A stretch of 64,000 nt of DNA, from contig NC_086097.1 in assembly GCF_963921235.1 (NCBI RefSeq), positions 192,698,001-192,762,000 on the forward strand, written 5' to 3'. Below the pieces are notes generated by a model. That model was not told the DNA's origin. It worked only from the letters and a program-made list of their open reading frames with translations, and ran no database searches. The position numbers and the translations under genes are program-made. Below, piece after piece: positions 24,562 to 38,090 of the stretch. Source of the stretch: Mobula hypostoma (lineage: Eukaryota). The stretch's first letter is position 1. The number at the start of each line of letters is the position of its first letter.

Positions 24562-27500
24562 AGTGGATAGTGGATATTGGACTGCTGTAAAACACTGCTG
24601 GATAGGTAGTAATGGGAGACAATGAAATTGCAGATGAACTGAATAAGTATTTTGCATCAGTCTTCATTGTGGAAGACACTAGTAGTATGGTGGAGTTCCT
24701 GGTGTCAGGGGGCATGAAGACTGTGAAGATAACATGAGAGAAGGTTCTTGGGAAACTGAAAAGTTTGGAGGTAGATAAGTCACCTGGACCAGATGGTGTA
24801 CATCACATGGTTCTTAAAGAGGTGGCTGAAGAAATTGTGGAGGCATTGTTAATTATTCCTTCAAGAATCACTAGAGTCTGGAATTAACAACAACCATATA
24901 ACAATTACAGCATGGAAACAGGCCATCTCAGCCCTTCTAGTCTGTTCCGAACGCTTACTCTTACCTAGTCCCATCTACTTGCGCTCAGCCCATAACCCTC
25001 CATTGCTTTCCTGTCCATATACCTATCCAATTTTTTTTTTAAATGACAAACTTGAACCTGCTTCTACCACTTCTACTGGAAGCTCGTTCCACACAGCTAC
25101 CACTCTCTGAGCAAAGAAGTTCCCCCTCGTGTTACCCCTAAACGTTTGCCCCTTAACTCCCAACTCATGTCCTCTTGTTTGAATCTCCCCTACTCTCAAT
25201 GGAAAAGGCCTATCCACGTCAACTCTATCTATCCCCCTCATAATTTTAAGTACCTCTATCAAGTCCCCCCTCAACCTTCTACGCTCCAAAGAATAAAGAC
25301 CTAACTTGTTCGATCTTTCTCTGTAACTTAAGTGCTGAGACCCAGGTAACATTCTAGTAAATCTACTCTGTACTCTCTATATTTTGTTGATATCTTTCCT
25401 ATAATTTGGTGACCAGAACTGTACACAATACTCCAAATTTGGCCTCACCAATGCCTTGTACAATTTTAACATTACATCCCAACTCCTATACTCAATGCTC
25501 TGATTTATAAAGGCCAGAATACCAAAAGCTTTCTTCACCACCCTATCCACATGAGATTCCGCCTTCAGGGAACTATGCATCATTATTCCTAGATCACTCT
25601 TTTCTACTGCATTCCTCAATGCCCTACCGCTTACCATGTATGTTCTATTTTGATTAGCCCTACCAAAATGTAGCACCTCACACTTATCAGCATTAAACTC
25701 CATCTGCCATCTTTCAACCCACTCTTCTAACTAGCCTAAATCTTTCTGCAAGCTTTGAAAACCTACTTCATTATCCACGACGCCAGCAATCTTGGTATCA
25801 TCCGCATACTTACTAATCCAATTTACCACCCTATCATCCAGATCATTAATGATCATTATGACAAACAACATTGTACCCAGTACAGATCCCTGAGGCACAC
25901 CACTAGTCACCGGCCTCCAATCTGACAAACAGTTATCCACGACTACTCTCTGGCATCTCCCATCCAGCCACTGCTGAATTCATTTTACTACTTCAATATT
26001 TATAGATAACGATTGAACCTTTCTAACTAACCTTCCGTGTGGAACCTTGAAAAGGCCTTACTGAAGTCCATATAGACAACATCCACCGCTTTACATTCGT
26101 CAATTTTCTTAGTAACCTCTTCAAAAAATTCAGTAAGATTTGTCAAACATGACCTTCCACGCACAGATCCATGTTGACTGTTCCTAATCAAACCCTGTCT
26201 ATCCAGATAATTATATATACCATCTCTAAGAATACTTTCCATTAATTTACCCACCACTGATGTCAAATTTACAGGCCGATAATTGCTAGGTTTACTCTTA
26301 GATCCCTTTTTAAACAATGGAACCACATGAGCAGTACGCCAATCCTCCGGCACCATCCCTGCTTCTAATGACATTTGAAATATTTCTGTCAGAGCCCCTG
26401 CTATTTCTACACTAACTTCCCTCAAGGTCCTAGGGAATATCTTGTCCAGACCCGGAGACTTATCCACTTTTATATTCCTTAAAAGCGCCAGTACTTCCTC
26501 TTCTTTAATCATCATAGTTTCCATAACTACCCTACTTGTTTCCATTACCTTACACAATTCAATATCCTTCTCCTTAGTGAATACCGAAGAAAAGAAATTG
26601 TTCAAAATCTCCCCCATCTCTTTTGGCTCCGCACATAGCTGTCCACTCTGATTCTCTAAGGGACCAATTTTATCCCTCACAATCTTTTTGCTATTAATAT
26701 AACTGTAGAAACCCTTTGGATTGATTTTCGCCTTACTTGCCAAAGCAACATCATATCTTTTAGCTTTTCTAATCTCTTTCTTAAGATTCTTTTTACATTC
26801 TTTATATTCCTTGAACACCTCATTTACTCCAAGTTGCCTATATTTGTTGTAGATCTCTCTCTTTTTCCGAACCAAGTTTCCAATATCCCTTGAAAACCAT
26901 GGCTCTCTCAAACTTTTAACCTTTCCTTTCAACCTAACAGGAACATAAAGATTCTGTACCCTCAAAATTTCACCTTTAAATGACCTCCATTTCTCTATTA
27001 CATCCTTCCCATAAAACAAATTGTCCCAATCCACTCCTTCCAAATTCTTCCGAAAGACTCAAAAATTGATATTGTCACTCCACATTTCAAGAAGGGAGAG
27101 AGGCAGAAGAAAGTAAAGTACAGTCCAGTTAATCTGATCTCAATAGTTCAGAAGATGTTGGAGTCAATTATTAAGGATGAAGTCACAGGATACTTGGAGG
27201 CACATGATAAAATAGGCCATAGTTTCCTCAAGGGAAAATCTTGCCTGAAAAATTTGTTGGTATTCTTTGGTGAATTAATAAGCAGGATAGACAAAGGAGA
27301 ATCGGTTGTTGTGGTGTATTTGGATTTTCAGAGGGCCTGTGTCAAGGTGACACACATGGGTCTGTTTAACAAACTCTGAGTCTCTTGTATTAGAGGAAAC
27401 ATTCTAGCATGGATAAAGCAATGCATGATTGGCAGAAGGAAAAGAATGGGAATAAAGAGAGCCTTTTCTGGCCGCCTGCCAGTGACTACTGGTGTTCCTC

Positions 27501-28497
27501 AGGGGTCTATGTTGGGACCAACTTTTCTTATGTTATACCAATGATATGGATGATGGAATTGATGGCATTGTTGAAAAGTTTGCAGATGATATGAAGATAG
27601 GTGGAGGGGCAGGTAGTTTTGAGGAAGTAGAGAGGCCACAGAAGATTAGTAGAATAGGCAAAGTAATGGCAAATGGAATATAATCTGGGGAACAGTGTGT
27701 TATGCACTTTGGTAGAAGAAATGAAAGAGATAACTATTTTCTTACTGGACAGAAAATACAAAAAAAATTGGCAAAAAGACTTGGAAATTCATGTGCAGGC
27801 CTTATTGAAGATTAATTTTCAAGTTGAGTCTGTGGTGAGGAAGGCAAATGCAATGTTGGCATTTATTTCAGGAGGGCTTGAATCTAAAACCAAGGATGTA
27901 ATGTTGAAACTTTATAAAGCTCTGGAGAGGCCTCACTTGGAGTATTGTGTGCAGGTCTGCGGTTCCTTATCTTAGAAAGGATGTGTTGAAGCTAGAGAGG
28001 GTTCAAAGGATGGTAATGATAATGATCCCAGATTTGAATGGCATGTCATATGAAGAGCATTTGATGGCTTTGGGCCTGGATTCACTAGGATTTAGAAGAA
28101 TGAGGGATGACCTCATTGAAACCTATTGAATAGTGAAAGGCCTTGATAAAGTGGATGTGGTGAGGATGTTTCATATGGTGGGAGAGTCTAAGACCAGAGG
28201 ACACAGCCTCAGAATATAGAGGTGCCCTTCTAAAATGGAGATGAGGAGGAATTTCCTTAGCCAGGGAGTGCTGAATCTGTGAAATTCTTTGCCACAAGCA
28301 GCTGCGGAGGCCAAGTCTTTATGTATATTTAAGGCAGTGGTTGATAAATCCTTGATTGGTCAGGGCATGAAAGAATATGGGGAGAAGGCTGGAGACTTGA
28401 GCTGAGAGGAAAATTGGATCAGCCATGATGAAATGGCAGAGCAGACTCGATGGACCAAATGGCCTAATTCTTCTATATTTTACAGTCTTATGGTCTT
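23716..28497 (+). mobile_element. CR1 LINE split by two insertions (24196-24561 and 24885-27050)
   Basis: Collinear ORF2 peptides DHNMIEFNLKFE..KGNYRGM, KLANNIKEDT.SFFRYIK, ADELNKYFASVF, KSPGPDG; resumes at 27050 with LESIIKDEV..YLDFQ, KFADDMK, RPHLEYCVQ; tail TCTTATGGTCTTA. Confidence 0.9.
24885..27050 (-). mobile_element. Younger CR1 LINE (5'-truncated) nested antisense in an older CR1
   Basis: ORFs 26027..27043, 25731..25940, 25377..25703 and 25023..25352 (-) are consecutive ORF2 segments ([32 protein letters not shown]). Tail AACCATATAAC at the left end. Confidence 0.95.
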
Positions 28498-28772
28498 AAC
28501 TTGTAAAGATATAGCATAGAACATAAAACATCACAGCACAGTACAGGCCTATAATTTTGTGTCAACCCTTTACCCTAATCCAATATCAATCTGACCATCT
28601 CTCTCCCACATAGACCTCCACTTTCTCTCATCTATGTGCTGAATTAGGAGTCTCTTGAATGTCTTTAATGTATCTGCCCCTACTACCAACTCTGGCAGTG
28701 CATTCCATGCACCCACGTCTCTCTGTGTAAAAAGCCACCTTTGATATCCCCCCTCGCTTACCTCTGATCACT

Positions 28773-29232
28773 GGGACACAGCTCCCAGCCCTGGAGGACA
28801 CCTACAGCTCTCGCTGCCTAAGGAAAGCCATAAGCATCTGTAAGGACAATACACACCCATGCAATCATCTGTTTGAACTTCTTCCATCTGGTAGATATTA
28901 TAAGATTTTCTATGCCCGCATTTCCAGACTGAAAAATAGCTTTTTCCCCAGAGCTATAATTGCTCTGAACCAATCGATCAAGCATTATCCATAAATTTGT
29001 TACATTGCTACTTTAATACTGGTTTTATGGCTGTCATGCATCTGAGTTGTGTTTTTGTACTGCTGGACATGGCTTGTACTGGCTGGTTACTTGATTTTAT
29101 TTATTGTTTATTTATTTTATTTGTTGTTTTATAGCATTGAGTATGAGAGTTGCAAACTCATTTTTGCTGTATTGGTGCATGATCAATTGTACTAAGCATT
29201 GAAAATAAAGATATTTCATTTCATTTCATTTT
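28773..29232 (+). mobile_element. Rex1-like LINE 3' end with (TTTCA)n tail, inserted in an old minus-strand CR1
   Basis: Encodes HPCNHLFELLPSGRYY..SRLKNSFFPRAIIALN; tail ATTTCATTTCATTTCATTT; possible TSD TGATCACT/TGATCGCT. Confidence 0.75.
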
Positions 29233-29329
29233 TGATCGCTTTAAAATTCTCATATAAGCTCAAGCCATAATTTCTAAATTTTCAGGTAACACAAATTTCG
29301 CAATGTTGTGAACTGTGAACAGTTCAGTG

Positions 29330-30690
29330 GTAGAATCCAGCAGTATATAAACAGGCGGCTAGTGAAAAAGGCAGACACATAGTTGATGAAATTTAATGTG
29401 GAGGCATACATGATAGGGAAAATCAGAGTATGCACTATGACATACTGGTTACTGCTCCAGAAGATACAAGAGCAAAGGCCCCTGGAGAATATGTGTGTGC
29501 AAATCATTGAAAGTAGCAGATCAGGTTGAGAAAGTGGTCAATAAGTCCCTCATATTTCTGGCTTTATCAATAGAAACATTGAATGTAAATGCAGAGAAAT
29601 AATTGCTATTTTTTATAAAATATAGGCCACACCTTATTTGTGTACATCTCTGGTCTCCACATTATAAAAGAATATTTAGGTTTTGAAGCGTTCAGAAAAG
29701 ATTTTCAAGAATAGATCCAGGGATGATAGATGATACTTACAATGCAATCTAAAGTAAATAGCCCAAGGCTTCTTCCCGGATTAGTAGAATCCAAAACTAG
29801 AGGGTATAGGTTTAAATGAAGAGGGGAAAGATTTAAAGAGGATCTGAGAATCATTTCACACAGAGGGTGATGGATATATAGAACATGCTGCCAGAGGAAG
29901 AAACAATTACAACGTCTAAAAGGCATTTGGATTATTTAATGGATAGGAAAGGTTTAGAAGGATATGGGCCAAACGAAGGCAAATATGAGGAGCTCAATGA
30001 GACAATTTGGTCGGTTGCAACAAGTTGAATCAAGGATCTTGTTTCCATTTTAAATAACAGTATAACTCTGTGATAGAGAGCTGGAACTTCTAGAGATGAG
30101 AAGGTTGATGGTAGACTTGACAGAAATGTATAAAACGATGAGGGTCTCAGCATAGTTGATAGTGGAGTGTCATAGAGGTCACATGTATAAAACAAAAGGG
30201 AAAAGAATTAAGAGGATATTTTTATGCAAAAGGTGTTGGAATCAGAAGTGCACTGCTTTCAGATGTACTGTAGTTCTATTATAATATTGAGTGAAGTAGA
30301 TAAATATCGTGGAGAAAAATTTTCAGGGCCATAGAGAAAAGGGCTAGTTGGTGAAACTAGTTAGAAAGGCAACCTGGTCATGATGTGCTGAAAGGTCTCC
30401 TTCTGTGCTCTAACTGTTTTAAGATTCTAGAATTCTCTGCCACCTTTTAATCACTAGTAAATCTATTTAGTCAGTTTATAACTATTTCTAGCATGGTTTA
30501 TAATTACAAGTTCTTAAAAGGCTAAAAACACAGAAAATTAATAATAAATAATTAAAAGCAGAATGGGAGATTTGATAGAGCTATATAAAATTATTAGGGT
30601 CTCAACTTAGTTGATAGTGGAAGGCTTTTCCCTTTTGCAGGAGTGTCAGAGGTCACAGGTATAAAGCAAGGATAAAAAGACTGAAGAAGA
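29330..30690 (+). mobile_element. Cluster of old degraded CR1 fragments
   Basis: Degenerate GCAGACACATAGTTGATGAAATTTAATG, GGCCACACC..TGTGTACA..TGGTCTCCACA, and several RTRGH-like 3' segments. Confidence 0.6.
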
Positions 30691-33411
30691 ATTTTTTATG
30701 CAACATGTGGTTGAAATCAGGAGTGTTTCCTTACTTTTCCTTTGCCCCTCAATTCTTATTGAAATAAATGGGATACAAGGGTCTACTGATACTGAGAGTC
30801 CAAGAAAGATGGGGTTGACTGCAGAGCTGACAGATTTGGCTTTCTCAATCAGTCCTGCACTTACCCATTCTGATCCAGCTCTTTAATTTATCAGAAATAC
30901 TGTACATCCAACTAGATTTTCAGTATATATTTGATTATAAGTAGTTTTTTAAAAGACTTTTGGATACATGAGGGATAATTTTATAAATTCAATCTCCAAA
31001 CCAGGAACAGTAACCAACTATTCATCCAATATCTACAGGGAGATGCCAATACTTGATACCCTAATGTGTGTTGTCATATCCTTTCTGTAAAATCACATAT
31101 TTATAGTACACTTTTGTCCAGTTCTTTCATCCTCATGACTCCTCACTCGTCACATAGATTAGAATGTTCTTACCAGCTATTTTTACATGGCAGTTAGTGG
31201 GTTGCTTTACTTCTGTAATGTCGCATTGCAAACAAGACATTGTCCTGTTTTGGAGATATGTTCCTGTTTATTTTAACTAACATAGCAATACTTAAGAATG
31301 AGTAATGTTTCAATCCTTCTCACTAAGATGGTATTGCAATTTCTTTTCAATTATCAACAGTTTTTAAAGCCTCCTTTAAACTCTTGCTAAAAGGAGTAGA
31401 TATGCCTCCTACACTGAGCAGATGGAAGAACATTTTGGTCCAGATACTGCTGTCAAAATAATGGTGAGCCTAATGGTGCTTGCCTTTATTCATGTGTGAA
31501 AGGCACCACAACTTCAGGCAAGGAGCAGATGTGTAGTTAAATGCAAATATCAAAAAGTTGCTATTAAAGTTGTTCTGTTGCATGTTAGCTTTGCAAGAGA
31601 ATTATTTTACTATCTGACACATTGCTGAAATCCAATAAATGTAGTGAAGCTGTTATATTTTTGGGATTGTTGCAAATAAAACTTCAATGTGGACAAATAG
31701 GATTAGTAACTATAAACATAAATATCCTTTTGTTGATGTAATGTATGTTAATTAAAACAAATCAATGCCTTTGGCACCTAAAATGAATAAATATCTGTGT
31801 GGGATTGAAATCCTGTGTGGTTATTTTAAAACATTTTTAAAAATTGCACATTAAAATTTAATGTTTTGCTTTATGGTCCTTTTTGTTTATTCCTTCCCCT
31901 TCTTTCTCTTTCGGTACCTGTTTGGACATTTAATTCAACCACTTTAATCTTCTCTCCCCTTTCATTATGCTGTTTATTTTCTAATCTTTAATTTCTCATA
32001 GTTCATAAAGCAGAATTTATTTCTCTGATGCTTGTGCTAAATATATAGGTCTAGGAGGTGGATGTAACATTATTTCAGAAGTAGATTATAACATGCAGTT
32101 GCTATTGTTTTTAATGTTCAACCTCTGTAGCTGAGGACAAACTTTCACTCCATGACTCTTTACAATGCACCTGTTATCTCTAGCCCAGACTGTTAGATTT
32201 CAGAAACCTGGAGGAAAGATTTGACTTCAAATATAGGACACTTCTCATTATTTAAGCATTATTAGCTTATTCTTAAATCTTATTGGTATCCATTTTTCAA
32301 TCAATATCAAAAATAAGTTATTAGGTACTGATCTTAATATTGCTTGTGATATCTTCCTGGATTATTTCCTCCACTTACACTGAGCATACATTAAAAAGGC
32401 ACTAAAGTAGTTGTAAAAATTATCTGATCACCATAAGTTCTAAAAAATCATGATAGAAATGTAAATACTGTGTTTTTTTATTTTCAAGTGATCAGTTCTG
32501 TGTTTTCAACAATTATCACAATAATTATTTACAATGAAATCAAGTGAGACTACTCATCAGATGCAGCTGTATTCTCTGATCATGAATGAAAATACTACAT
32601 GGATTGGACATTTAAAAAATTAAGTTCTGATCAGTTTCAAAGTGGACTAGAATTCCTTTCACATTCCTTTCATATTTTCCTGTCTATTTCAAATTAACTT
32701 CGAATATTTCAATTCAACTATTCAGTGATAATCTTCCTGAACTGAAGTCAGCATCAAAGTATTACCAAAATCTATGTTCGAAATTTAACCAGCTACATCC
32801 TAAATACAGAGGAATTGGGTAAAACATCTCGGCCTACCGTTCCTTACTGGCAACGAGAGTGACAAAAGTGCAACAAATCTACTCTGAGGAGATCGATTCA
32901 TAGCTCAGAATTACTCAACAATTTCAATGAAAACTTTCTGTGCCTTAGGAAACAGAGAAGAGGAGCTGAGAACCTTTATTCACAATGAAAGAGTATTGCA
33001 ATCTTTCTGACATACTCTACAAAACACTGATACCGCATTCCTCCCCCCCACCCCCTGAGATCTCAAACATTTTTTTTTATCCTCATCACACTGAGACTTT
33101 GAATGCTTTCATCTCACTTTCTGCTCAAAGATTATGGCCTGTTATCAAAAGCCTACCACTTGACAGCCAGAGGACCTCTTAATTTGACTAATTTTGCCAC
33201 AAAATGAAGGCAAAATGAAGGTAACAGATATTTATCAAATACTACTTTTAAATTTGGCGGAACTAGTAAAAAAAAAGATCACCCCACCTCACACGCAGCT
33301 CTAGCACCACAGTCTCTAATTTAATGGCAGGACCAAAGTGATTACTGACATGACTGAAATAACATTATTTCATTGGACCAGGAGAAACCTATCAACCTTG
33401 TAGCGCAGAAG

Positions 33412-34250
33412 GGGTTTCACATAATGTAGTGATTAGTGTAATGCTATTTCAAAGCCTGTGACCTGGATTCAATTCCACCAATGTCTGTAAAGAGTTTGAA
33501 TGTTCTCCATGTGACTGTGTGAGTTTCCTCCAGGTGCTCTGGATTTCCCTCACATTCCAAAGACATACAGTTTAGTATAGGTTAATTGGACAGACTTTCG
33601 AGCCAGAAGGGCCTGTTACTCTGCTGTGAATCTGAGGCCTCCGTTGGTCAGAGATGACCATGATATTTCTTCCTAGTTGCCTAGATACACAAGCCTGGTC
33701 AGTACAATATGGAGTCAAGCTATTGCCCGTGTAGCAAGCTCCCTGCCTCTACGCATCTGATGAACCCAAAGATACGACAGAAACCAGATCAGTTTGGTAT
33801 CAGCAGTGTTGCAGGAGTTGCCAGTCAACATTGAACTCAATGTAGGACTGCCTGAGGGACTCCAGCTTCAGATTTTTTCATCAGAGTTTACTCCTGAAGC
33901 CTTCCCCATGAGTGGGTATAGTCGCAAGGCAGCAGAGGTTTGAGATCCTTCTCCTGCATGAGCTGCCTACCACGGCTGTCGAGCCCCATCTGCCCAAAGA
34001 AACTGGATTTAAGGTACCAGTAACCTGCCGTTGCCTCTTCTCCGGTCAGTAGAAACGGTTCTGCTGGGCTTAGTAGCTATCCACACGTGAAGGTCTGGAG
34101 CTAGTCTTGGTTGTCAGAGGCTATTTGAGGTGCATGCCATTGGGAGCATTTAATAGGTTGTGGGAGCTTGTCCCCATTACCACTCTCCAGTTGTAACAAC
34201 TTTAAGGAACCTACTGTGCTGTACAGTACATCTAAATAAGTAAAAAAGTA
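33412..34250 (+). mobile_element. V-SINE (HE1-like) interrupted near its tail by an RTE-like insertion
   Basis: GTAGTGATTAGTG A-box-like; GGATTCAATTCC B-box-like; V-domain GAGTTTCCTCCAGGTGCTCTGGATTTCCCTCACATTCCAAAGAC; tail CTAAATAAGTAAAA resumes after 34222. Confidence 0.75.
33628..34211 (-). mobile_element. RTE-derived non-autonomous element
   Basis: Minus strand carries GGTAGGCAGCTCATGCAGGAGAAGGATCTCAAACCTCTGCTGCCTTGCG (RTE 5' UTR-like). Flanked by TACTCTGCTGT / TACTGTGCTGT (33617-33627, 34212-34222). Confidence 0.65.
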
Positions 34251-35419
34251 TGAGAAACCCAGAAAACAAGGAGTATAACTTAAGTACTTCTGAAAATGAA
34301 ATTTTCATTGAACATACTCAGATGGTAGAATTTTTGTGCTATATCACTATATTTCAAAATAAAGCATGTTCAAATTTGCTGACTTTATTCATTTTTTGTG
34401 AATATTTCAAAAATTTTCTGCACAGTAGGTCAGAATTTTTTTTGTGTGATTCTGACAATTTCACCCCTACAAAATCTTCCTTGTCTCTTGCTTAACCACT
34501 GTTCCTATTCCTGTCCTTGTATTATGGAAATTGATACAATGGGTACACTGCTACAATTTCCTCTTTTATTCTTTTGATGGCCTAAGCATGCTACTTCAGA
34601 ACTATTTTTATAATGGTACCAGTTTAGTTCAAGATATCTCATCTTGTGTCTATGTCTCATCCTTTACCAGAGCCTTATAATTATGGCGTTTCTCCTTTTG
34701 ATAGAACCTGACTGATTCTTAAAAATATGCTTTTAAAACTAAACTCTACAATCCTAATTGCTTCCTAATTTAGCTTGCTTTCCTTTCTACTGCTTCTTTT
34801 GAAATGCCTTCCATGAACACAAGCACAAAGCTTGTCTGGCTGAATTTATGTACATAATCTTGGCTGATACTTCAATGTGGGAGGAGCGTTTGGTATACCA
34901 GCAAAGATTTCATTGTTCAGATGTAGTGTCAAACCAATGGGCATGAAATAAGCCAATGGCACAGACAAGGGGTACTTGAGCAAAAAATTGCAAGTGGTAG
35001 TCATTCCAGACAAATACGAAAATAATGAGTAGAGGAAGGAAACTAAAAGACCATTTCCTGGAGATTGTGATTAAAGATCTCAGAGAGACCCCATGCAGAA
35101 AGATATTAGAATTCGAAATGATTACCTGGGATACAGATGGTGCTGCTGGCTCAAGAACAAAAATCACCAACAGCATTATGTTGCTCTGGAAAACTGTGTA
35201 TGGGGTTTAAAAACACAAAGTACTGATTAAAAATACAAGTGTGATTACTAGAAGATTCAGGGTCGGATATCTGCCTTGTTGTGTGTATACATTGGGCCAA
35301 CTGGGGCCAGTTCTTCCAAACAGGACTGCCAACACTCAGGCATCTAAATAAAAGTCCTGCATATGTTTCTTGTCTGGTAGTTTCAGGGTCAGCGAAGATC
35401 AGGATTTAACATATGTTGG

Positions 35420-35628
35420 AGACACAGGAGAGTGCAGATGCTGGAACCTGGATTAACAAACTGCTGGAGGAATGCAGTGGGTTGAGCAGCATCTGTGGAG
35501 GAAAGGAATTATCAATGATTCAGGTCAAAACCTGATCAGCTTCTGATGCAGGGTTTCAACCCATAATGTCAACGATTGTTTTCCTTACACATACATTGAT
35601 TTCCTCCAGCAGCTTGTTTGTTTCAATT
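35420..35628. repeat. Degenerate Penelope-like hairpin element
   Basis: TGCAGATGCTGGAACCTGG..AAACTGCTGGAGGAA ... CTGATGCAGGGTTTCAACCC ... TTCCTCCAGCAGCTTG. Confidence 0.7.
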
Positions 35629-35802
35629 CAGATATGTCACTGTGCTTCATTGCTGGACTAATCCATGAAGTGGAAGCCCAGTTCCATTTGCATATTCAGC
35701 ATGGCAGAAATACATGAACACCACTACAAGGTGCTTAACATTTTTTTCATAAGGTAAAGCTCTGTTCCAGTTTCACCTTCCATTAGGAGGATTTCAGAGG
35801 CA

Positions 35803-36385
35803 ATTGAATTCAATTATTTTATTACTTACGTCCTTCATATACATGAGGAGTAAAAATCTTTACATTATGTCTCCATCTAAATGTCTAATTATAGTAATTT
35901 ATAATGAACAGGATGGTCAATACATAGAATTACAGTTGCCTCAGCATGAATTAAGCAGTCTGATGGCCTGGTGAAAGAAGCTGTCCCAGAGCCTGTTGGT
36001 CCTGGCTTTTATGCTGCGGTACCATTTCCCAGATGGTAGCAGCTGGAACAGTTTGTGGTTGGAGTGACTCGGGTCTCCAATGATCCTTCAGGTCCTTTCT
36101 ACACACCTGTCTTTGTAAATGTCCTGAATAGTGGGATGTTCACATCTACAGGTGCACTGGGTTGTCCACACCACTCTCTGCAGAATTCTGCGATTGAGGG
36201 AAGTACAGTTCCCATACCAGGCAGTGATGCAGCCAGTCAAGATGCTCTCAATCGTGCCCCTATAGAAATTTCTTAGAATTTCACGGGCCATAGCAAACTT
36301 CTTCAACCGTCTGAGGTGAAAAGAAGCTCTGTTGTACCTTTTTCACCACACAGCCGGTACGTACAGACCACGTGAGATCCTCGGA
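35803..36385 (-). mobile_element. Rex1-like LINE 3' fragment
   Basis: ORF 36088..36306(-): LRNFYRGTIESILTGCITAWYGNCTSLNRRILQRVV. Confidence 0.88.
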
Positions 36386-37359
36386 AATTTTAGAGAAACA
36401 TAAAGTTCCGGTATTGTACAGCACCGAATCTAAATCTTTTGCCTGACAAACGTATGCCAACCTTTTGTCCATCTATAATAATCTCACCTGCCCGCAATAG
36501 GTTTTTATGTCTTTAATGGATTGACTATTGAAGTGTTCATCTAAGTATCGTTCAAATATAGAGATTGCATCTGATTTCAGCAGCTTCAGTGGAACCTTGT
36601 AGATTGACTCAAGGCTGTGAAGGGCTAGCAAGGTCAAGCACACAACACTTCAAAGTTCAAAATTTCTTATCAAAATACACATATGTCACCATATACAACC
36701 CTAAGATTTTCTTGTGGGCATACTGAATAAATCCATACTAGAATAACAACTGTAATAGAATCAACAAAAGACCACAGCAACTTGGGCAGTCAACCAGTGT
36801 GCAAAAGGCAACAAACTGTGCAAATACAAAAATAAATAATAATAATAAATGAATAAGCAATAAATATCAAGAACATGAGATGAAGAGTCCATGAAAGCGA
36901 GTCCATTGGTTGTGGGAACATTTCAATGATGGGGCAAGTGAAGTTGAGTGAAGTTATCCCCTTTGGTTCAAGAGCCTGATGGTTGAGGGATAATAACTAT
37001 TCTTGAACCTGGTGGTGTGAGACCTGCGGTTCCTATACCTTCTTCCTGATGGATCTTCTGTTCAAGGGCATTGGTGTTTACATACCAGGCTGTGATACGC
37101 CAGACAATATACTCTCCACTACACATCTATAGAAGCTTCTCAACATTTTAGATGTCCTGCTGAGTCTTCAGAAACTCCTAAGGAAGTAGAGGCACTGCCA
37201 TGCTTTCTTCGTAATTGCACTGATGAGCTAGGTCCAGGACAAGTTGTTCTGAAAAAATAATACCGGGGAATTTAAAGTTCTTGACCCTCTCCACCTCTGA
37301 TTCTCCAATAGGGACTGGCTCATGGACCTCTGGTTTCCTCCACCTGAAATCAATAATCA

Positions 37360-37572
37360 TTTAACACTCACAAAAAGTGCTGGTGAATGCAGCAGGTCAG
37401 GCAGCATCTATAGGAAGAGGTACAGTTGATGTTTCAGGCCGAGACCCTGGTCTCGGCCCAAAACGTTGACTGTACCTCTTCCTATAGATGCTGCCTGACC
37501 TGCTGTGTTCACCAGCATTTTTTGTGTGTGTTGCTTGAATTTCCAGCATCTGCAGATTTCCTCGTGTTCCCG
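37360..37572 (+). mobile_element. Penelope-like hairpin mini-element, second subfamily
   Basis: Inverted arms centred on GAGACC-CT-GGTCTC (37441-37454) with the same 3' tail as copy 1; TSD TCAATAATCA (37350-37359, 37573-37582). Confidence 0.85.
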
Positions 37573-38090
37573 TCAATAATCAGTTCCTAGGTCTTATTAA
37601 CCTTCGGTAAGAAGTTGACGTTGTGGCACCACTCAGCGATATTTTCTGTCTCCCTCCTATATGTTGATTCTACCTATGACAATGACGTTGTCAACAAAGT
37701 TGTATATGGCATTGAAGCTGTGCTTAGCCACAATATCATAAGTTGTAAGGTGAGTAGAGCAGGGGACAAAGCACACAGATTTATAGTGCACCTGTGCTGA
37801 TGTAGATTGAGGAGAAGCTGTTGTTGCCAATCTGAAGGGACTGGGGTCTGCAAGTGATGAAATCAAGGACCCAATTGCACAAGGAGGTCTCAAAACTTAT
37901 TGATTAGTATTGAGGGGGTGATGGTATTGAATGCTGAGCTATAGTTGATAAAGAGCATCCTGATATATGCATCTTTTCTGTCCAGGTGTTCCAGGGTTGA
38001 GAGAAGAGCCAATGAGATGACATCTGTTGTAGACCTGTTGTTCAGGTAGACAAATTGAAGCATATACAAGTAATTTCTCAGGCAGGAATT

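Noticed and set aside
32710..32824. Candidate coding exon DNLPELKSASKYYQNLCSKFNQLHPKYRGIG
   Set aside because: Weak splice signals and no recognisable homology.
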